Both the position numbers and the translations under genes were made by a program. Below are positions 16,280 to 25,751 of a stretch of DNA of 32,000 nt, one piece after another (position 1 is the stretch's first letter; each line of letters starts with the position of its first letter). Source of the stretch: Cupriavidus necator. GTDB lineage: Bacteria > Pseudomonadota > Gammaproteobacteria > Burkholderiales > Burkholderiaceae. The notes under the pieces are model-generated. The model did no database searches and was not told where the DNA came from. It saw nothing but the letters and a program-made list of their open reading frames with translations. The stretch lies in the NCBI RefSeq assembly GCF_016127575.1, contig NZ_CP066018.1, positions 870,001-902,000 on the forward strand, read 5' to 3'.

Positions 16280-17169
16280 CTGACCAGCGCCAGCCACAGC
16301 GGCGTGGTCACGATCGCCGCCACCGTCATCAGCGAAATCGTCGCCGCCACCATCGGCCCGTTGCCGCCCATGCGCACCGCCAGGATATACGCGCTGGAGG
16401 CCGTGGGCAGCGAGGCATACAGCACCACGATCTGGTACTGCAGCGCGGTCAGCGGCAGGTGCCGCCCCACCAGCCAGGCCACGCACGGCATCGCCAGCAG
16501 CTTGACCCCGGTCCACCAGGCCACCGGCCCCGCGGTGCCGGTGGCACCGCTCATCTGCAGCCCGGCGCCCACCGTCATCAGCCCCAGCGCGGTCGAGGCC
16601 GAGCCCAGCCGGTTCAGCGTCATGCCCAGCACCTCGGGCGCATGCAGCCCCATCAGGTTGGTGAGCAGGCCGCCGGCAGTGGCCAGGATCAGCGGGTTGC
16701 GCGCCAGCTCTTTCCACAGCGCGGTCTGGCCGTGCCGCGCCAGCGCCCACACCGCCGCCACGTTGCACAGCGGCACCGTGCAGCCGACGATCACCGCCAT
16801 CAGCGCCAGCCCCTCGGAGCCGCCCAGGCGCGAGGCCAGCGCCAGCCCGATATAGGAATTGAAGCGGAACGCGGTCTGCAGGCCCGAGGCAAAGCTCAGC
16901 GCATCCGGCCGCAACACCCATTTGACGGCGTAGCCGCCGGCCATGCCGGTGGCCATCACCAGCAGCGCCAGCCCCAGCATGGCCGAGGTCGACGAGAAAT
17001 CCAGCACCGCGGTATTGGTCGACTGCAGCAGCAGCGCCGGGAACAGCACGAAGTAGACCAGGCGCTCCACCCCGCCCCAGAAGGCACGGTCGAACGGGGT
17101 ATACCGCACCAGCAGCCAGCCGATGAGGATCAGGCTGAAGTCCGGGACCAGCAGGAGAGCAGAAGACAT
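16276..17169 (-). CDS. AEC (auxin efflux carrier) family permease
   Basis: 297 aa with about 10 TM segments. The MSSALLLVPDFSLILIGWLL... and YASLPTASSAYILA motifs fit the Mem_trans/AEC family. Its stop overlaps the queG stop within the tetranucleotide CTAG (16276-16279). Confidence 0.85.
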   Translation of the reverse strand: MSSALLLVPDFSLILIGWLLVRYTPFDRAFWGGVERLVYFVLFPALLLQSTNTAVLDFSSTSAMLGLALLVMATGMAGGYAVKWVLRPDALSFASGLQTAFRFNSYIGLALASRLGGSEGLALMAVIVGCTVPLCNVAAVWALARHGQTALWKELARNPLILATAGGLLTNLMGLHAPEVLGMTLNRLGSASTALGLMTVGAGLQMSGATGTAGPVAWWTGVKLLAMPCVAWLVGRHLPLTALQYQIVVLYASLPTASSAYILAVRMGGNGPMVAATISLMTVAAIVTTPLWLALVS

Positions 17170-17356
17170 TTATCGTTGTTTTGGTGGCGGTGGCATGACG
17201 CGGCAGCTGCCCTGCGGGCCGTCGCGCGGGATTGCGGCGGCGGTGGCGGGGGGTAGATAACGGCAAAAAACCGTAATGTGCGGACTAGGGCAGATACGGA
17301 TAGGTATTTTTCCAGATTTAGGCCAGCATGGCATGCCAAGTTGTACGCCTGCCGCC

Positions 17357-18028
17357 ATGTTGTCCCGCACCCGGTCCGCGCCGTCGCGCCCGGACACCCA
17401 CCTCCGAGCCCCCTTCCGCCCTGGTCTGCACCCGGGCCGCTGCCTGCGCCTGGCCGCCGTGCTGGTGGCGCTGTGCGCCGCCACGGCCGCGGGCGCCGTA
17501 CCGGTGCCGGCACGCTCGGTGGAAATCGAAGGGATACGTTTTGACGATGCGGCGCGCGTGGGCGGCAAGGAACTGCAGCTCAACGGCACCGCCCTGCGCG
17601 CGGGCTTCCTGGCCAAGGGCTACGTGGCCGCCCTGTACCTGCAGGAGAAAGCCCGCAACGCGGCCCTGGTGCTGGGCACGCCCGGCGCAAAGCGGCTACA
17701 GTTGCGCATGCTGCGCGAGACCGAACCGCCGGACGTCGTGCGCGCCATCCGCCAGGGTATCCGCAACAACCACAGCGAGCAGCAGATGCAGGGGCTGGCC
17801 ACGCGGCTGGTACAGTTCGAGCGCACCCTGGGCGAGGTCGGCACCGCGCACAAGGGCGACGTGATCAACCTGGATTTTTCCCCGCAGACGGGGACCGTCA
17901 TCGCCATCAACGGCACGCCTCGCGGCCGGCCGATCCCCGGCGAAGACTTCTACCAGGCCGTGCTGCGGGTCTTCCTGGGCGAGCGCCCGGTCGACGCCGA
18001 GGTCAAGCGCGGGCTGCTGGGCGGCTGA
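17357..18028 (+). CDS. Chalcone-isomerase-like (Chalcone_3) family exported protein
   Basis: IEGIRFDDAARVGGKELQLNGTALRAGFLAKGYVAALYLQEK...FYQAVLRVFLGERPVDAEVKRGLLG is typical of bacterial CHI-like periplasmic proteins. The hydrophobic segment LRLAAVLVALCAATAAGA looks like a signal peptide. The start is ambiguous (ATG at 17357 or 17333). Confidence 0.7.
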   Translation: MLSRTRSAPSRPDTHLRAPFRPGLHPGRCLRLAAVLVALCAATAAGAVPVPARSVEIEGIRFDDAARVGGKELQLNGTALRAGFLAKGYVAALYLQEKARNAALVLGTPGAKRLQLRMLRETEPPDVVRAIRQGIRNNHSEQQMQGLATRLVQFERTLGEVGTAHKGDVINLDFSPQTGTVIAINGTPRGRPIPGEDFYQAVLRVFLGERPVDAEVKRGLLGG

Positions 18029-18131
18029 CACAATTACGCTGCCGGCGCACGGCCCCACCTGTGGCACGGCGACGGCTTCTTTTCTTCCGGGCGGCACCCT
18101 GCCCGGATTTCCTGACGGGAGACATGATCTC

Positions 18132-19100
18132 ATGCAAGCTGGCAAACTCGCACTGACCCTGGCCCTGGCCGCCGCCGCCACCGCGGCGCAGGCCCAGAGC
18201 TACCCCACCAAGCCGATCCGACTGATCATTCCGTTCGCACCCGGCGGCACCACCGACATCGTCGGCCGCGGCGCCGCGGACCAGATGAGCCGCATCCTGG
18301 GCCAGCCCGTGGTGGTGGAGAACCGCGCCGGCGGGGGCGGTTCGATCGGTGCCGACGCGATCGCCAAGGCCGCGCCGGACGGCTACACCATCGGCATCTC
18401 CACGGTCTCGACCATGGCCGTGAACCCGGCCTGCAACCCCAAGCTGTCGTACGACCCGATCAAGGACTTCAAGCCCATCACCAACCTGGCCAACGTGGCC
18501 AACGTGATCGCCGTGAACCCGAGCTTCCCGGCCAAGGACTACAAGGAGTTCCTGGCCGTGCTGAAGGCCAACCCGGGCAAGTATTCGTACGCCTCGTCGG
18601 GCACCTGCGGCTTCGGCCACATGCTGGGCGAGCAGTTCAAGGTCTCGACCAAGACCTTCATGGTCCATATCCCGTACCGCGGCGCGGGCCCGGCGCTGAA
18701 CGACGTGCTGGCCGGCCAGGTGCCGATCATGGTGGACAACCTGCCCTCTTCGATCCCCTACATCAAGGCCGGCAAGCTGCGCCCGATCGTGGTGGCCTGG
18801 AACAAGCGCCTGGAATCCATGCCCAACGTGCCGACCTTCGGCGAAATGGGCCTGAAGGAGCCGAACGACCCGGCCTGGTACGGCCTGGTGGCGCCGGCCG
18901 GCACGCCTGACGACGTCATCAAGAAGCTCAACGAGGCCGCCGTCAAGGCCCTGCAGGACAAGGACTTCCAGCAGCGCCTGCGCACCGCCGGCGCCGAGCC
19001 GTCGGGCAACACGCCGGCGCAGCATGCGGCCGAGATCAAGAAGGAATTCGACAAGATGAAGAATCTTGTGAAGGTGCAGAACATCAAGCTGGAGCAATGA
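18132..19100 (+). CDS. Bug-family (TctC-like) tripartite tricarboxylate transporter substrate-binding protein; orphan
   Basis: 322 aa. Signal peptide ending AQAQ, then SYPTKPIRLIIPFAPGGTTDIVGR...VENRAGGGG...YASSGTCGFGH, which are Bug-family hallmarks. No tctA or tctB gene lies adjacent. Confidence 0.9.
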   Translation: MQAGKLALTLALAAAATAAQAQSYPTKPIRLIIPFAPGGTTDIVGRGAADQMSRILGQPVVVENRAGGGGSIGADAIAKAAPDGYTIGISTVSTMAVNPACNPKLSYDPIKDFKPITNLANVANVIAVNPSFPAKDYKEFLAVLKANPGKYSYASSGTCGFGHMLGEQFKVSTKTFMVHIPYRGAGPALNDVLAGQVPIMVDNLPSSIPYIKAGKLRPIVVAWNKRLESMPNVPTFGEMGLKEPNDPAWYGLVAPAGTPDDVIKKLNEAAVKALQDKDFQQRLRTAGAEPSGNTPAQHAAEIKKEFDKMKNLVKVQNIKLEQ

Positions 19101-19125
19101 TCCGGCCGGTGTGACGCCACCCGCA

Positions 19126-19155
19126 AAGGGCCGCCGCGAGGCGGCCCTTTTTTCT
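19126..19155 (+). terminator. Rho-independent terminator of the Bug gene
   Basis: AAGGGCCGCC (19126-19135) pairs with GGCGGCCCTT (19140-19149) around a GCGA loop, followed by TTTTCTT. Confidence 0.85.
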
Positions 19156-19206
19156 TGCCCGCGCCAAAAAGCACTAAAATCCAGCATTCGCCCCAGCCTG
19201 ACCGCC

Positions 19207-19686
19207 ATGCCCGCCACCTATGACGCCATCCTCCCCGCCCCCTTCGGCAAGATCGGGGTGCGCACGGACGGCGCGCGCATCCGGGCCATCGTGTACCTTC
19301 CCGGGCACGTCGAGGCGCGCGCCCCGGCGGACGCGCTGACGCAACAGCTCGCGGCGCAACTGGAGGCCTACTACGCCAACCCCGACGCCGCCTTCGACCT
19401 GCCGCTGGCCCCGGCCGGCAGCGACTTCCAGCAGCGCGTGTGGCAGGCCATCAGCGCGGTGCCGCGCGGCGCGGTGACCACTTATGGCACCATCGCCGAG
19501 GCCATCGGCGCGATGCCGCGCGCGGTGGGCCAAGCCTGCGGGCAGAACCCGTTCCCGATCGTGATCCCCTGCCATCGCGTAGTCTCGGCGCGCGGCATCG
19601 GCGGGTTCTCGCCCCATGCCGAAGACGGCTTCTACCTCGACGTCAAACGCTGGCTGCTGCGCCATGAGGGCGCCATGCTGATATGA
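19207..19686 (+). CDS. ogt: Methylated-DNA--protein-cysteine methyltransferase (O6-alkylguanine transferase)
   Basis: 159 aa. FQQRVWQAISAVPRGAVTTYGTIAEAIG...NPFPIVIPCHRVV contains the PCHRV active site. ATG at 19207. Confidence 0.9.
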   Translation: MPATYDAILPAPFGKIGVRTDGARIRAIVYLPGHVEARAPADALTQQLAAQLEAYYANPDAAFDLPLAPAGSDFQQRVWQAISAVPRGAVTTYGTIAEAIGAMPRAVGQACGQNPFPIVIPCHRVVSARGIGGFSPHAEDGFYLDVKRWLLRHEGAMLI

Positions 19687-20621
19687 GCGGCGCCGCCCAG
19701 GCACCTGACATCGCCGCCGCGCCCAGCGACGCCGACGTGGCACTGGTCAGCCGCTTCTGCGACGCGCTGTGGCTGGAAGACGGCCTCTCGCGCAATACCA
19801 TCGATGCCTACCGGCGCGACCTGACGCTGCTGGCGCGCTGGTTGCAGCATGAGCACCGCGGCGAGTTGCCGGGCGCGGACGACGGCGCGCTGTCGGCCTA
19901 CTTCAACGCACGCCACACGCAGAGCCGCGCCTCGTCGGCCAACCGTCGCCTGGCGGTGTTCCGCCGCTTCTACCAGTGGGCGCTGCGCGAACACCTGGTC
20001 GAAGCCGACCCCTGCCTGCTGCTGCGCCCCGCCAAGCAGCCGCCGCGCTACCCCAAGACCCTGACCGAGTCCCAGGTCGACGCGCTGCTCGAAGCGCCCG
20101 ACACCGACACGCCGCTGGGGCTGCGCGACCGCACCATGCTGGAACTGATGTACGCCAGCGGGCTGCGCGTGTCGGAGCTCACGCAGATGAAGACCATCGA
20201 GATCGGCCTGAACGAAGGCGTGGCGCGCGTGGTCGGCGGCAAGGGCGACAAGGAGCGGCTGGTGCCGTTCGGCCAGCAGGCCGGCGACTGGCTGCGCCGC
20301 TACCTGGCCAGTGCGCGCCCCGCGCTGCTGGCCGGGCGCGCCTGCGACGCGCTCTTTGTCACGCAGCGCGGCGAAGGCATGACGCGGCAGGCGTTCTGGC
20401 ACCTGATCAAGCGCCATGCGCGCGATGCCGGCGTGCACGCGCCGCTGTCGCCGCACACGCTGCGGCACGCCTTTGCCACGCACCTGCTCAACCACGGCGC
20501 CGACCTGCGCGTGGTGCAGCTGCTGCTGGGCCACGCCGATATTTCCACCACCCAGATCTATACGCACGTCGCCCGCGAACGCCTGCGCGAGCTGCACCAG
20601 CAGCACCATCCGCGCGGCTGA
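19683..20621 (+). CDS. xerD: Tyrosine site-specific recombinase XerD (chromosome dimer resolution)
   Basis: 312 aa. FCDALWLEDGLSRNTIDAYRRDL, LGLRDRTMLELMYASGLRVSEL, HTLRHAFATHLLNHGADLRVVQLLLGHADISTTQIYTHV carry the R-H-R-Y catalytic set and XerD-type motifs. The ATGA overlap with ogt is at 19683-19686. Confidence 0.92.
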   Translation: MSGAAQAPDIAAAPSDADVALVSRFCDALWLEDGLSRNTIDAYRRDLTLLARWLQHEHRGELPGADDGALSAYFNARHTQSRASSANRRLAVFRRFYQWALREHLVEADPCLLLRPAKQPPRYPKTLTESQVDALLEAPDTDTPLGLRDRTMLELMYASGLRVSELTQMKTIEIGLNEGVARVVGGKGDKERLVPFGQQAGDWLRRYLASARPALLAGRACDALFVTQRGEGMTRQAFWHLIKRHARDAGVHAPLSPHTLRHAFATHLLNHGADLRVVQLLLGHADISTTQIYTHVARERLRELHQQHHPRG

Positions 20622-20644
20622 ACAAGCGGGCGGCGACCACTGTC

Positions 20645-21136
20645 ATGAGCAAGACCAGGCACGTATCAGAAACCCCCGCGACGCAGTACCTGCGCAAGCA
20701 TGGCGTCGCCTTCGGCGAGCATCCGTATGACTATGTCGAGCACGGCGGCACCGGCGAATCGGCGCGCCAGCTGGGCGTTCCCGAGCACGACGTGATCAAG
20801 ACCCTGATCATGGAAGACGAGCGCGCGCAGCCGCTGGTGGTGCTGATGCACGGCGACTGCTCGGTCTCGACCAAGAACCTGGCGCGCCAGGCCGGCCGCA
20901 AGAGCGTGCAGCCGTGCAAGCCCGAGGTGGCGCAGCGCCACAGCGGCTACATGGTGGGCGGCACCTCGCCCTTCGGCACGCGCAAGCGCATGCCGGTCTA
21001 CGTCGAATCGACCGTGCTGGAGCTGGCGCGCATCTATATCAACGGCGGGCGCCGCGGCTACCTGGTCAGCGTGGACCCGAAGCTGCTGCCCATGCTGGTG
21101 GACGCCCAGCCGGTGCAATGCGCACTGCCTGACTGA
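20645..21136 (+). CDS. ybaK: Cys-tRNA(Pro)/Cys-tRNA(Cys) deacylase, YbaK family
   Basis: 163 aa. [14 protein letters not shown]...[10 protein letters not shown]...[14 protein letters not shown]...IYINGGRRG are YbaK/ProX editing-domain motifs. It is the C-terminal part of track ORF 19976..21136. Confidence 0.88.
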   Translation: MSKTRHVSETPATQYLRKHGVAFGEHPYDYVEHGGTGESARQLGVPEHDVIKTLIMEDERAQPLVVLMHGDCSVSTKNLARQAGRKSVQPCKPEVAQRHSGYMVGGTSPFGTRKRMPVYVESTVLELARIYINGGRRGYLVSVDPKLLPMLVDAQPVQCALPD

Positions 21137-21246
21137 GAGCCCCCGCACAAACCGAGGCAAGCCTCGATGCCAATCCGGAAAGTCACGGACGTAGCGAGGC
21201 CCCTGCCGCGCTACAATCGCGCCAGCCTGAAAACACCCCACTACAC

Positions 21247-21855
21247 ATGGCCAATCTGCTATTCGCCCTCGCCGCCTACCTGATCGGCTCCGTTTCCTTC
21301 GCTGTGGTCGTCAGCAAGCTGATGGGCCTGCCGGACCCGCACTCCTATGGCTCCGGCAATCCCGGCGCCACCAACGTGCTGCGCACCGGCAACAAGAAGG
21401 CCGCCATCCTGACGCTGATCGGCGATGCCCTGAAGGGTTGGCTGGCGGTATGGCTGGCCGCGCGCTTCGGGCCGGCCTACGGGCTGAACGAAACCGGCCT
21501 GGCCATGGTGGCGCTGGCGGTCTTCCTGGGGCACCTGTTCCCGGTGTACCACCGCTTCGCCGGCGGCAAGGGCGTGGCCACCGCGGCCGGCATCCTGCTC
21601 GCCATCGACCCGATCCTCGGCCTGGGCACGCTGGCCACGTGGCTGATCATCGCGTTCTTCTTCCGCTACTCGTCGCTGGCGGCACTGGTGGCGGCGATCT
21701 TCGCGCCGTTCTTCCATGTGCTGATGAACGGCGTGGATGTGATGACGGGGGCGATCTTCGTGATCAGCGTGCTGCTGATTGCTCGGCACCGGCAGAATAT
21801 TGCCAAGCTGCTGGCCGGGAAGGAAAGCCGGATCGGGGAGAAAAAGAAGGTCTGA
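21247..21855 (+). CDS. plsY: Glycerol-3-phosphate acyltransferase (acyl-phosphate dependent)
   Basis: 202 aa. [14 protein letters not shown]...[16 protein letters not shown]...[20 protein letters not shown] are canonical PlsY motifs. Confidence 0.95.
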   Translation: MANLLFALAAYLIGSVSFAVVVSKLMGLPDPHSYGSGNPGATNVLRTGNKKAAILTLIGDALKGWLAVWLAARFGPAYGLNETGLAMVALAVFLGHLFPVYHRFAGGKGVATAAGILLAIDPILGLGTLATWLIIAFFFRYSSLAALVAAIFAPFFHVLMNGVDVMTGAIFVISVLLIARHRQNIAKLLAGKESRIGEKKKV

Positions 21856-21884
21856 AAACGGCCTGAGGCAGCCCTGACGCCGGC

Positions 21885-23156
21885 TCAGGCCTCGGCTGCC
21901 CCGAACAGCATCTCCACCCGGAACCCGCCACCATCGGCATTCACCAGGTTCAGCTTCCCACCCGCCTGCCGCACCAGCCGGTCCACGATCGCCAGCCCCA
22001 GCCCGGAATGCGCATTGCCGCCCCGGGCCGGGTCCAGCCGCACAAAGGGCAGCGTGGCGCGTTCCTTGTCATCCTCGGGAATGCCGGCGCCCTGATCCTC
22101 CACCACCAGCAGGTAACCCTCCGGCGTGCGCGCGGTCGCGATGCATACCGGCGGCTTGCCATACGCGTAGGCGTTGTCGACCAGGTTGCCGACGATCCGG
22201 TCCAGCTGCGTGGCGATCATGCGGAAGCCCTCGCCCGCGCCCAGCGACAGCACCACCTGGCGCTCCTGCTCGGCCAGCGACGCGGCCAGCTCATTGACGC
22301 GCCGGTCCACCGGCACCGGGCGCGCGGTCGACTCGCTGGTCTGCGCGAAGCTCAGGAACTGCTCGACGATGGCCGACATGGACTCGACGTCGCGCGTCAC
22401 CCCCGCGGCGGCCTTGGGATCGGCCAGCATCTCGGCGCGCAGGCGCAGCCGCGCCAGCGGTGTCTTCAGGTCATGCGCGATGCCGGCCAGCATGGTGTTG
22501 CGCTCCTGGTCGATGCGCGCCAGGTCGGCCACCATGCGGTTGAAACGCTCGATCAGCTGGCGCAGCTCATGCGGGCCGCGCTCGCGCAGCGGCGGCACGG
22601 CGTGCTGGCGCGACAGCAGCTCTGCCGCATTGGCCATGTCGCGCACCGGCCGCTGGATCTGCCAGGCGATCAGCACGGCAAAGACGATGGCCACGCCCAC
22701 CACCAGCATCACGCCAGGCACCAGCCGGTTGTCAGGCGGCGGATTGTGGACCCAGAGGATCGGCATGGCGATCCAGCGGGCCCGGCTGGGCAGCTTGATC
22801 CAGATGCGCGGCGTGGTCTCGTCCTCCAGCCGGATCTCGGTGCCCTGCGGCAGCCTGCCGATGAACTGCTCGACCAGCCGGCGCGAGCGCCCGCCCTTGG
22901 GCACGACGGCATGCTCTTCGGCGTCGGCCGTGTTGGCTGTCTCAACCAGGCTGGGCAGCTTCGCCGGCGGACGCGCGTCGAGCGCGCGCTCGATGCTGTC
23001 GAGCTGGAACAGCATCTGCTCGACTGAATAGTCCACCTGCTGCTGGCGGCGGTCCATGCGCAGGATGGCCAGCCATGAGAAATGGCTGATCACAAGCACG
23101 GCGGCAATCAGCAGCGCAATGCGGCCGAACAGGGTGTCGATACGTCGCAACTTCAT
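21885..23156 (-). CDS. envZ: EnvZ-like sensor histidine kinase (two TM segments, HAMP, HisKA, HATPase_c)
   Basis: 423 aa from MKLRRIDTLFGRIALLIAAVLV. H-box LAGIAHDLKTPLARLRL. N box and G boxes (VDNAYAYG, DQGAGIP, GLGLAIV). ATG at 23154-23156 (minus). Confidence 0.85.
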   Translation of the reverse strand: MKLRRIDTLFGRIALLIAAVLVISHFSWLAILRMDRRQQQVDYSVEQMLFQLDSIERALDARPPAKLPSLVETANTADAEEHAVVPKGGRSRRLVEQFIGRLPQGTEIRLEDETTPRIWIKLPSRARWIAMPILWVHNPPPDNRLVPGVMLVVGVAIVFAVLIAWQIQRPVRDMANAAELLSRQHAVPPLRERGPHELRQLIERFNRMVADLARIDQERNTMLAGIAHDLKTPLARLRLRAEMLADPKAAAGVTRDVESMSAIVEQFLSFAQTSESTARPVPVDRRVNELAASLAEQERQVVLSLGAGEGFRMIATQLDRIVGNLVDNAYAYGKPPVCIATARTPEGYLLVVEDQGAGIPEDDKERATLPFVRLDPARGGNAHSGLGLAIVDRLVRQAGGKLNLVNADGGGFRVEMLFGAAEA

Positions 23157-23208
23157 CGGAAAGCAGGCTCTGGTGGCATGCGGCGCCAGGGGGCGGGCGC
23201 CGCGGCCA

Positions 23209-23952
23209 TTATTCGGGGAGTCCCGCGGACATCTCTTCCGCTTCGTCGGGCACGAAGGTATAGCCGCGCCCGCGCACGGTCTGGATATAGCGCGGGCGCT
23301 GCGCGTCTTCATCGAGCAGCCGGCGCAGGCGCCAGATCTGCACGTCGATACCGCGGTCGCTGATGCCGCTGGCGCTGCCGTACATCAGCTCGACGATGCG
23401 CTCGCGCGACAGCACTTCGAGCGGATGCATCAGCAGCAGCTTGAGCAGCGCGAACTCGGTATCGCTGATCGACAGCGTCTGGCCGGCACGGCCCAGCGTG
23501 CGCTGGCGGAAATTGACGCGGAACGGGCCGAAGGCGACCGATTCGCGGTCCTCGGGCGCGGCCGCGGGGCGTGCCAGCTTGCGGCGCAGCACGGCGTTGA
23601 TGCGCGCCAGCAGCTCGCGCGGCGAGAACGGCTTGCCGAGGTAGTCGTCGGCGCCGATCTCGAGCCCGACGATGCGGTCGATCTCGTCGCTGCGGGCCGT
23701 GAGCAGGATTACGGGGATGTCGTCGTTCTTGGCGCGCAGGTTGCGCAGCGCGGTCAGGCCGTCGACCTTGGGCATCATCAGGTCCAGCACGATCAGCGCC
23801 GGGCGCTCGCGCTCCAGGCGCGCCTGCAGGCCGTCGCCGTCATGCATCACCGAGACGGCAAAGCCCTGCTGGGTCAGGTACTCGCGCAGCAGGTCGCGAA
23901 GTTCGGGATCGTCGTCGACGACGAGGATCTGGGTAGGCTGGTTCGTTCGCAT
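23209..23952 (-). CDS. ompR: OmpR-family response regulator (close to OmpR itself)
   Basis: 247 aa. ILVVDDDPELRDLL...VLDLMMPKVDG...DRIVGLEIGADDYLGKPFSPRELLARINAVLRR and YIQTVRGRGYTFVP closely parallel E. coli OmpR as I recall it. ATG at 23950-23952 (minus). Confidence 0.9.
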   Translation of the reverse strand: MRTNQPTQILVVDDDPELRDLLREYLTQQGFAVSVMHDGDGLQARLERERPALIVLDLMMPKVDGLTALRNLRAKNDDIPVILLTARSDEIDRIVGLEIGADDYLGKPFSPRELLARINAVLRRKLARPAAAPEDRESVAFGPFRVNFRQRTLGRAGQTLSISDTEFALLKLLLMHPLEVLSRERIVELMYGSASGISDRGIDVQIWRLRRLLDEDAQRPRYIQTVRGRGYTFVPDEAEEMSAGLPE

Positions 23953-24031
23953 AGGCACATGATAGTCAGCCCCGGCGCCACACATGCCGGTTTGGCCGGG
24001 CGGTTTTGTTTCCGGAGGTTACACCCGGGGC

Positions 24032-24050
24032 GCTGGTAATCCGCTGTAAT
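24032..24050. promoter_or_regulatory. Tandem direct repeat GCTG(G)TAAT x2 with 10-bp phasing; candidate OmpR-family binding site
   Basis: GCTGGTAAT at 24032-24040 and GCTGTAAT at 24043-24050, in the 338-bp divergent region between ompR and mdtA. Confidence 0.3.
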
Positions 24051-24290
24051 AAAAGCGCCGGGCGCCGAAATACGGGCGTCCGGGCCCGCACATTATCCTT
24101 GCGGCATGACGTGCCACCGGCGCCGCCGCATTGCGCGCCACACGGCACTTGCCGGCCTGCCGGCCACCCGCGGCGTGCCCCTCCACGCGGCGGGCCGGCG
24201 CCCGTGGCGTTGCGGCATACTGCTGCATCGTCACTTGCCAGACCGAACATTGCAGGCGCGCCGCGCGCGCCGCCCCCAGGATTTGCGGAC

Positions 24291-25742
24291 ATGTCCAACC
24301 CCGAACAAGGCCAGCCTACCCCCTCCCCGACCCCGTCTTCGCCTGCGCCCGAGGGCACTCCGCCGCGGCGCACCGGCCGGCGCCGGCTGACCGCCGGCGT
24401 GCTGGTGCTGCTGCTCGCGGGGGGCGCCTGGTACTGGTACGCCCATCGCGGCCAGGCGCCGCAGGAGACGGCCGGGGCTGCAGGCGCGCAGCGGGGCGCC
24501 AGCGGCCCGGGCGCGCGGGGTGGCGCCGGCGGCCCCGGCATGCCGCGCTCGCCCGTGGTGGTCGCCACCGTGGCCAAGCGCGATATGGATGTGGTGCTCA
24601 ACGGCCTGGGCAACGTGACCCCGGTGTCCAACGTCACCGTGCGCGCGCAGGTGTCCGGCCCGCTGCTCAAGGTGCTGTTCAAGGAAGGCCAGATGGTCAA
24701 GGCCGGCGACGTGCTGGCCGAGATCGACCCGCGCCCGTTCCAGGCGGCGCTGGACCAGGCCGTGGGCCAGCTCGCGCGCGACCAGGCACTGCTGCAGAAC
24801 GCCAGGCTCGACCAGCAGCGCTACCGCACCCTGCTGGGCCAGGACTCGATCTCCAAGCAGCAGGTCGATACCCAGGACGCGCTGGTGCGCCAGTACGAGG
24901 GCGTGGTCAAGACCGACCAGGGCAATGTCGCCAACGCGCGCCTGCAGCTGGGCTATACCAGGATCGTCGCGCCGGTGTCGGGCCGCATCGGCCTGCGCCA
25001 GGTCGACCCCGGCAATATCGTCAATACCAGCGACACCAACGGCATCGCGCTGATCACGCAGATCCAGCCCATCGCCGTGATGTACACCATCCCCGAGGAC
25101 AACCTGCCCTCGGTGCTGAAGAAGCTCAACGCCGGCGAAGAACTTCCGGTGCAGGCGTGGGACCGCCAGGTGCGCAACCAGCTCGGCGAAGGTACGCTGC
25201 TGACCACCGACAACCAGATCGACACCACCACCGGCACGGTCAAGCTCAAGGCGGTCTTCCCCAACGCCGACGGCATGCTGTTCCCCAACCAGTTCGTCAA
25301 CGTGCGCACGCGCGTCGATACGCTCAGGGACGCCACCGTGATCCCCGTGGCGGCGATCCAGCGCGGCCAGCAGGGTACCTTCGTCTACACCGTGGATGAC
25401 AGCAGCAAGGTCAAGGTGCAGGTGGTCACGCTGGGCCCGGGCGACGGCAGCCGCAATGCCGTGCTCAAGGGCCTGGAGCCCGGCCAGCGCGTGGTGGTGG
25501 ACGGCGCCGACCGCCTCAAGGAAGGCATGACGGTGGAGGCCGTCGACCCGGCCGCGCGCGCCGCCGCGGTGGTGCCGGCCAGCCAGCCGCGCGGGCGCGG
25601 CCGCCGCAACCGGGACGGCGGCGGTGCCAGCGGCGCGCACGCCGACGCCAGCGGGGCCGCGGCCCCCGGCGCGGCCGGCGAACATCGCCGCCACCGCCAG
25701 GCCGGCGCCAGCGCCCCGCCCGCCGGCGGCGCGCAGCAGTAA
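24291..25742 (+). CDS. mdtA: RND efflux membrane fusion protein, MdtA type
   Basis: 483 aa from MSNPEQGQPTPS. Core VATVAKRDMDVVLNGLGNVTPVSNVTVRAQVSGPLLKVLFKEGQMVKAGDVLAEIDPRPFQAAL...GYTRIVAPVSGRIG. Low-complexity N- and C-terminal tails. ATG at 24291 is in frame with track ORF 24006..25742. Confidence 0.9.
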   Translation: MSNPEQGQPTPSPTPSSPAPEGTPPRRTGRRRLTAGVLVLLLAGGAWYWYAHRGQAPQETAGAAGAQRGASGPGARGGAGGPGMPRSPVVVATVAKRDMDVVLNGLGNVTPVSNVTVRAQVSGPLLKVLFKEGQMVKAGDVLAEIDPRPFQAALDQAVGQLARDQALLQNARLDQQRYRTLLGQDSISKQQVDTQDALVRQYEGVVKTDQGNVANARLQLGYTRIVAPVSGRIGLRQVDPGNIVNTSDTNGIALITQIQPIAVMYTIPEDNLPSVLKKLNAGEELPVQAWDRQVRNQLGEGTLLTTDNQIDTTTGTVKLKAVFPNADGMLFPNQFVNVRTRVDTLRDATVIPVAAIQRGQQGTFVYTVDDSSKVKVQVVTLGPGDGSRNAVLKGLEPGQRVVVDGADRLKEGMTVEAVDPAARAAAVVPASQPRGRGRRNRDGGGASGAHADASGAAAPGAAGEHRRHRQAGASAPPAGGAQQ

Positions 25743-25751
25743 GGACAGCGC

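Noticed and set aside
15068-17266. 732-aa minus-strand ORF spanning queG and the AEC gene
   Set aside because: It is antisense to queG, which has clear Fe-S and QueG motifs, and out of frame with the AEC permease. Its composition is typical of GC-rich shadow frames.
19683-20621. Tyrosine recombinase as a marker of an integrated mobile element or genomic island
   Set aside because: The sequence has XerD-specific motifs and sits in a housekeeping context (ogt upstream with an ATGA overlap, ybaK and plsY downstream). There is no adjacent tRNA, no flanking direct repeats and no compositional shift, so it is the chromosomal dimer-resolution XerD.
21860-21891. GGCCTGAG-N16-CTCAGGCC inverted repeat between plsY and the kinase gene as a terminator
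   Set aside because: It has a large 16-nt loop and no U-tract on either strand, and its right arm overlaps the kinase stop codon. It may still help 3'-end formation, but it is too weak to call.
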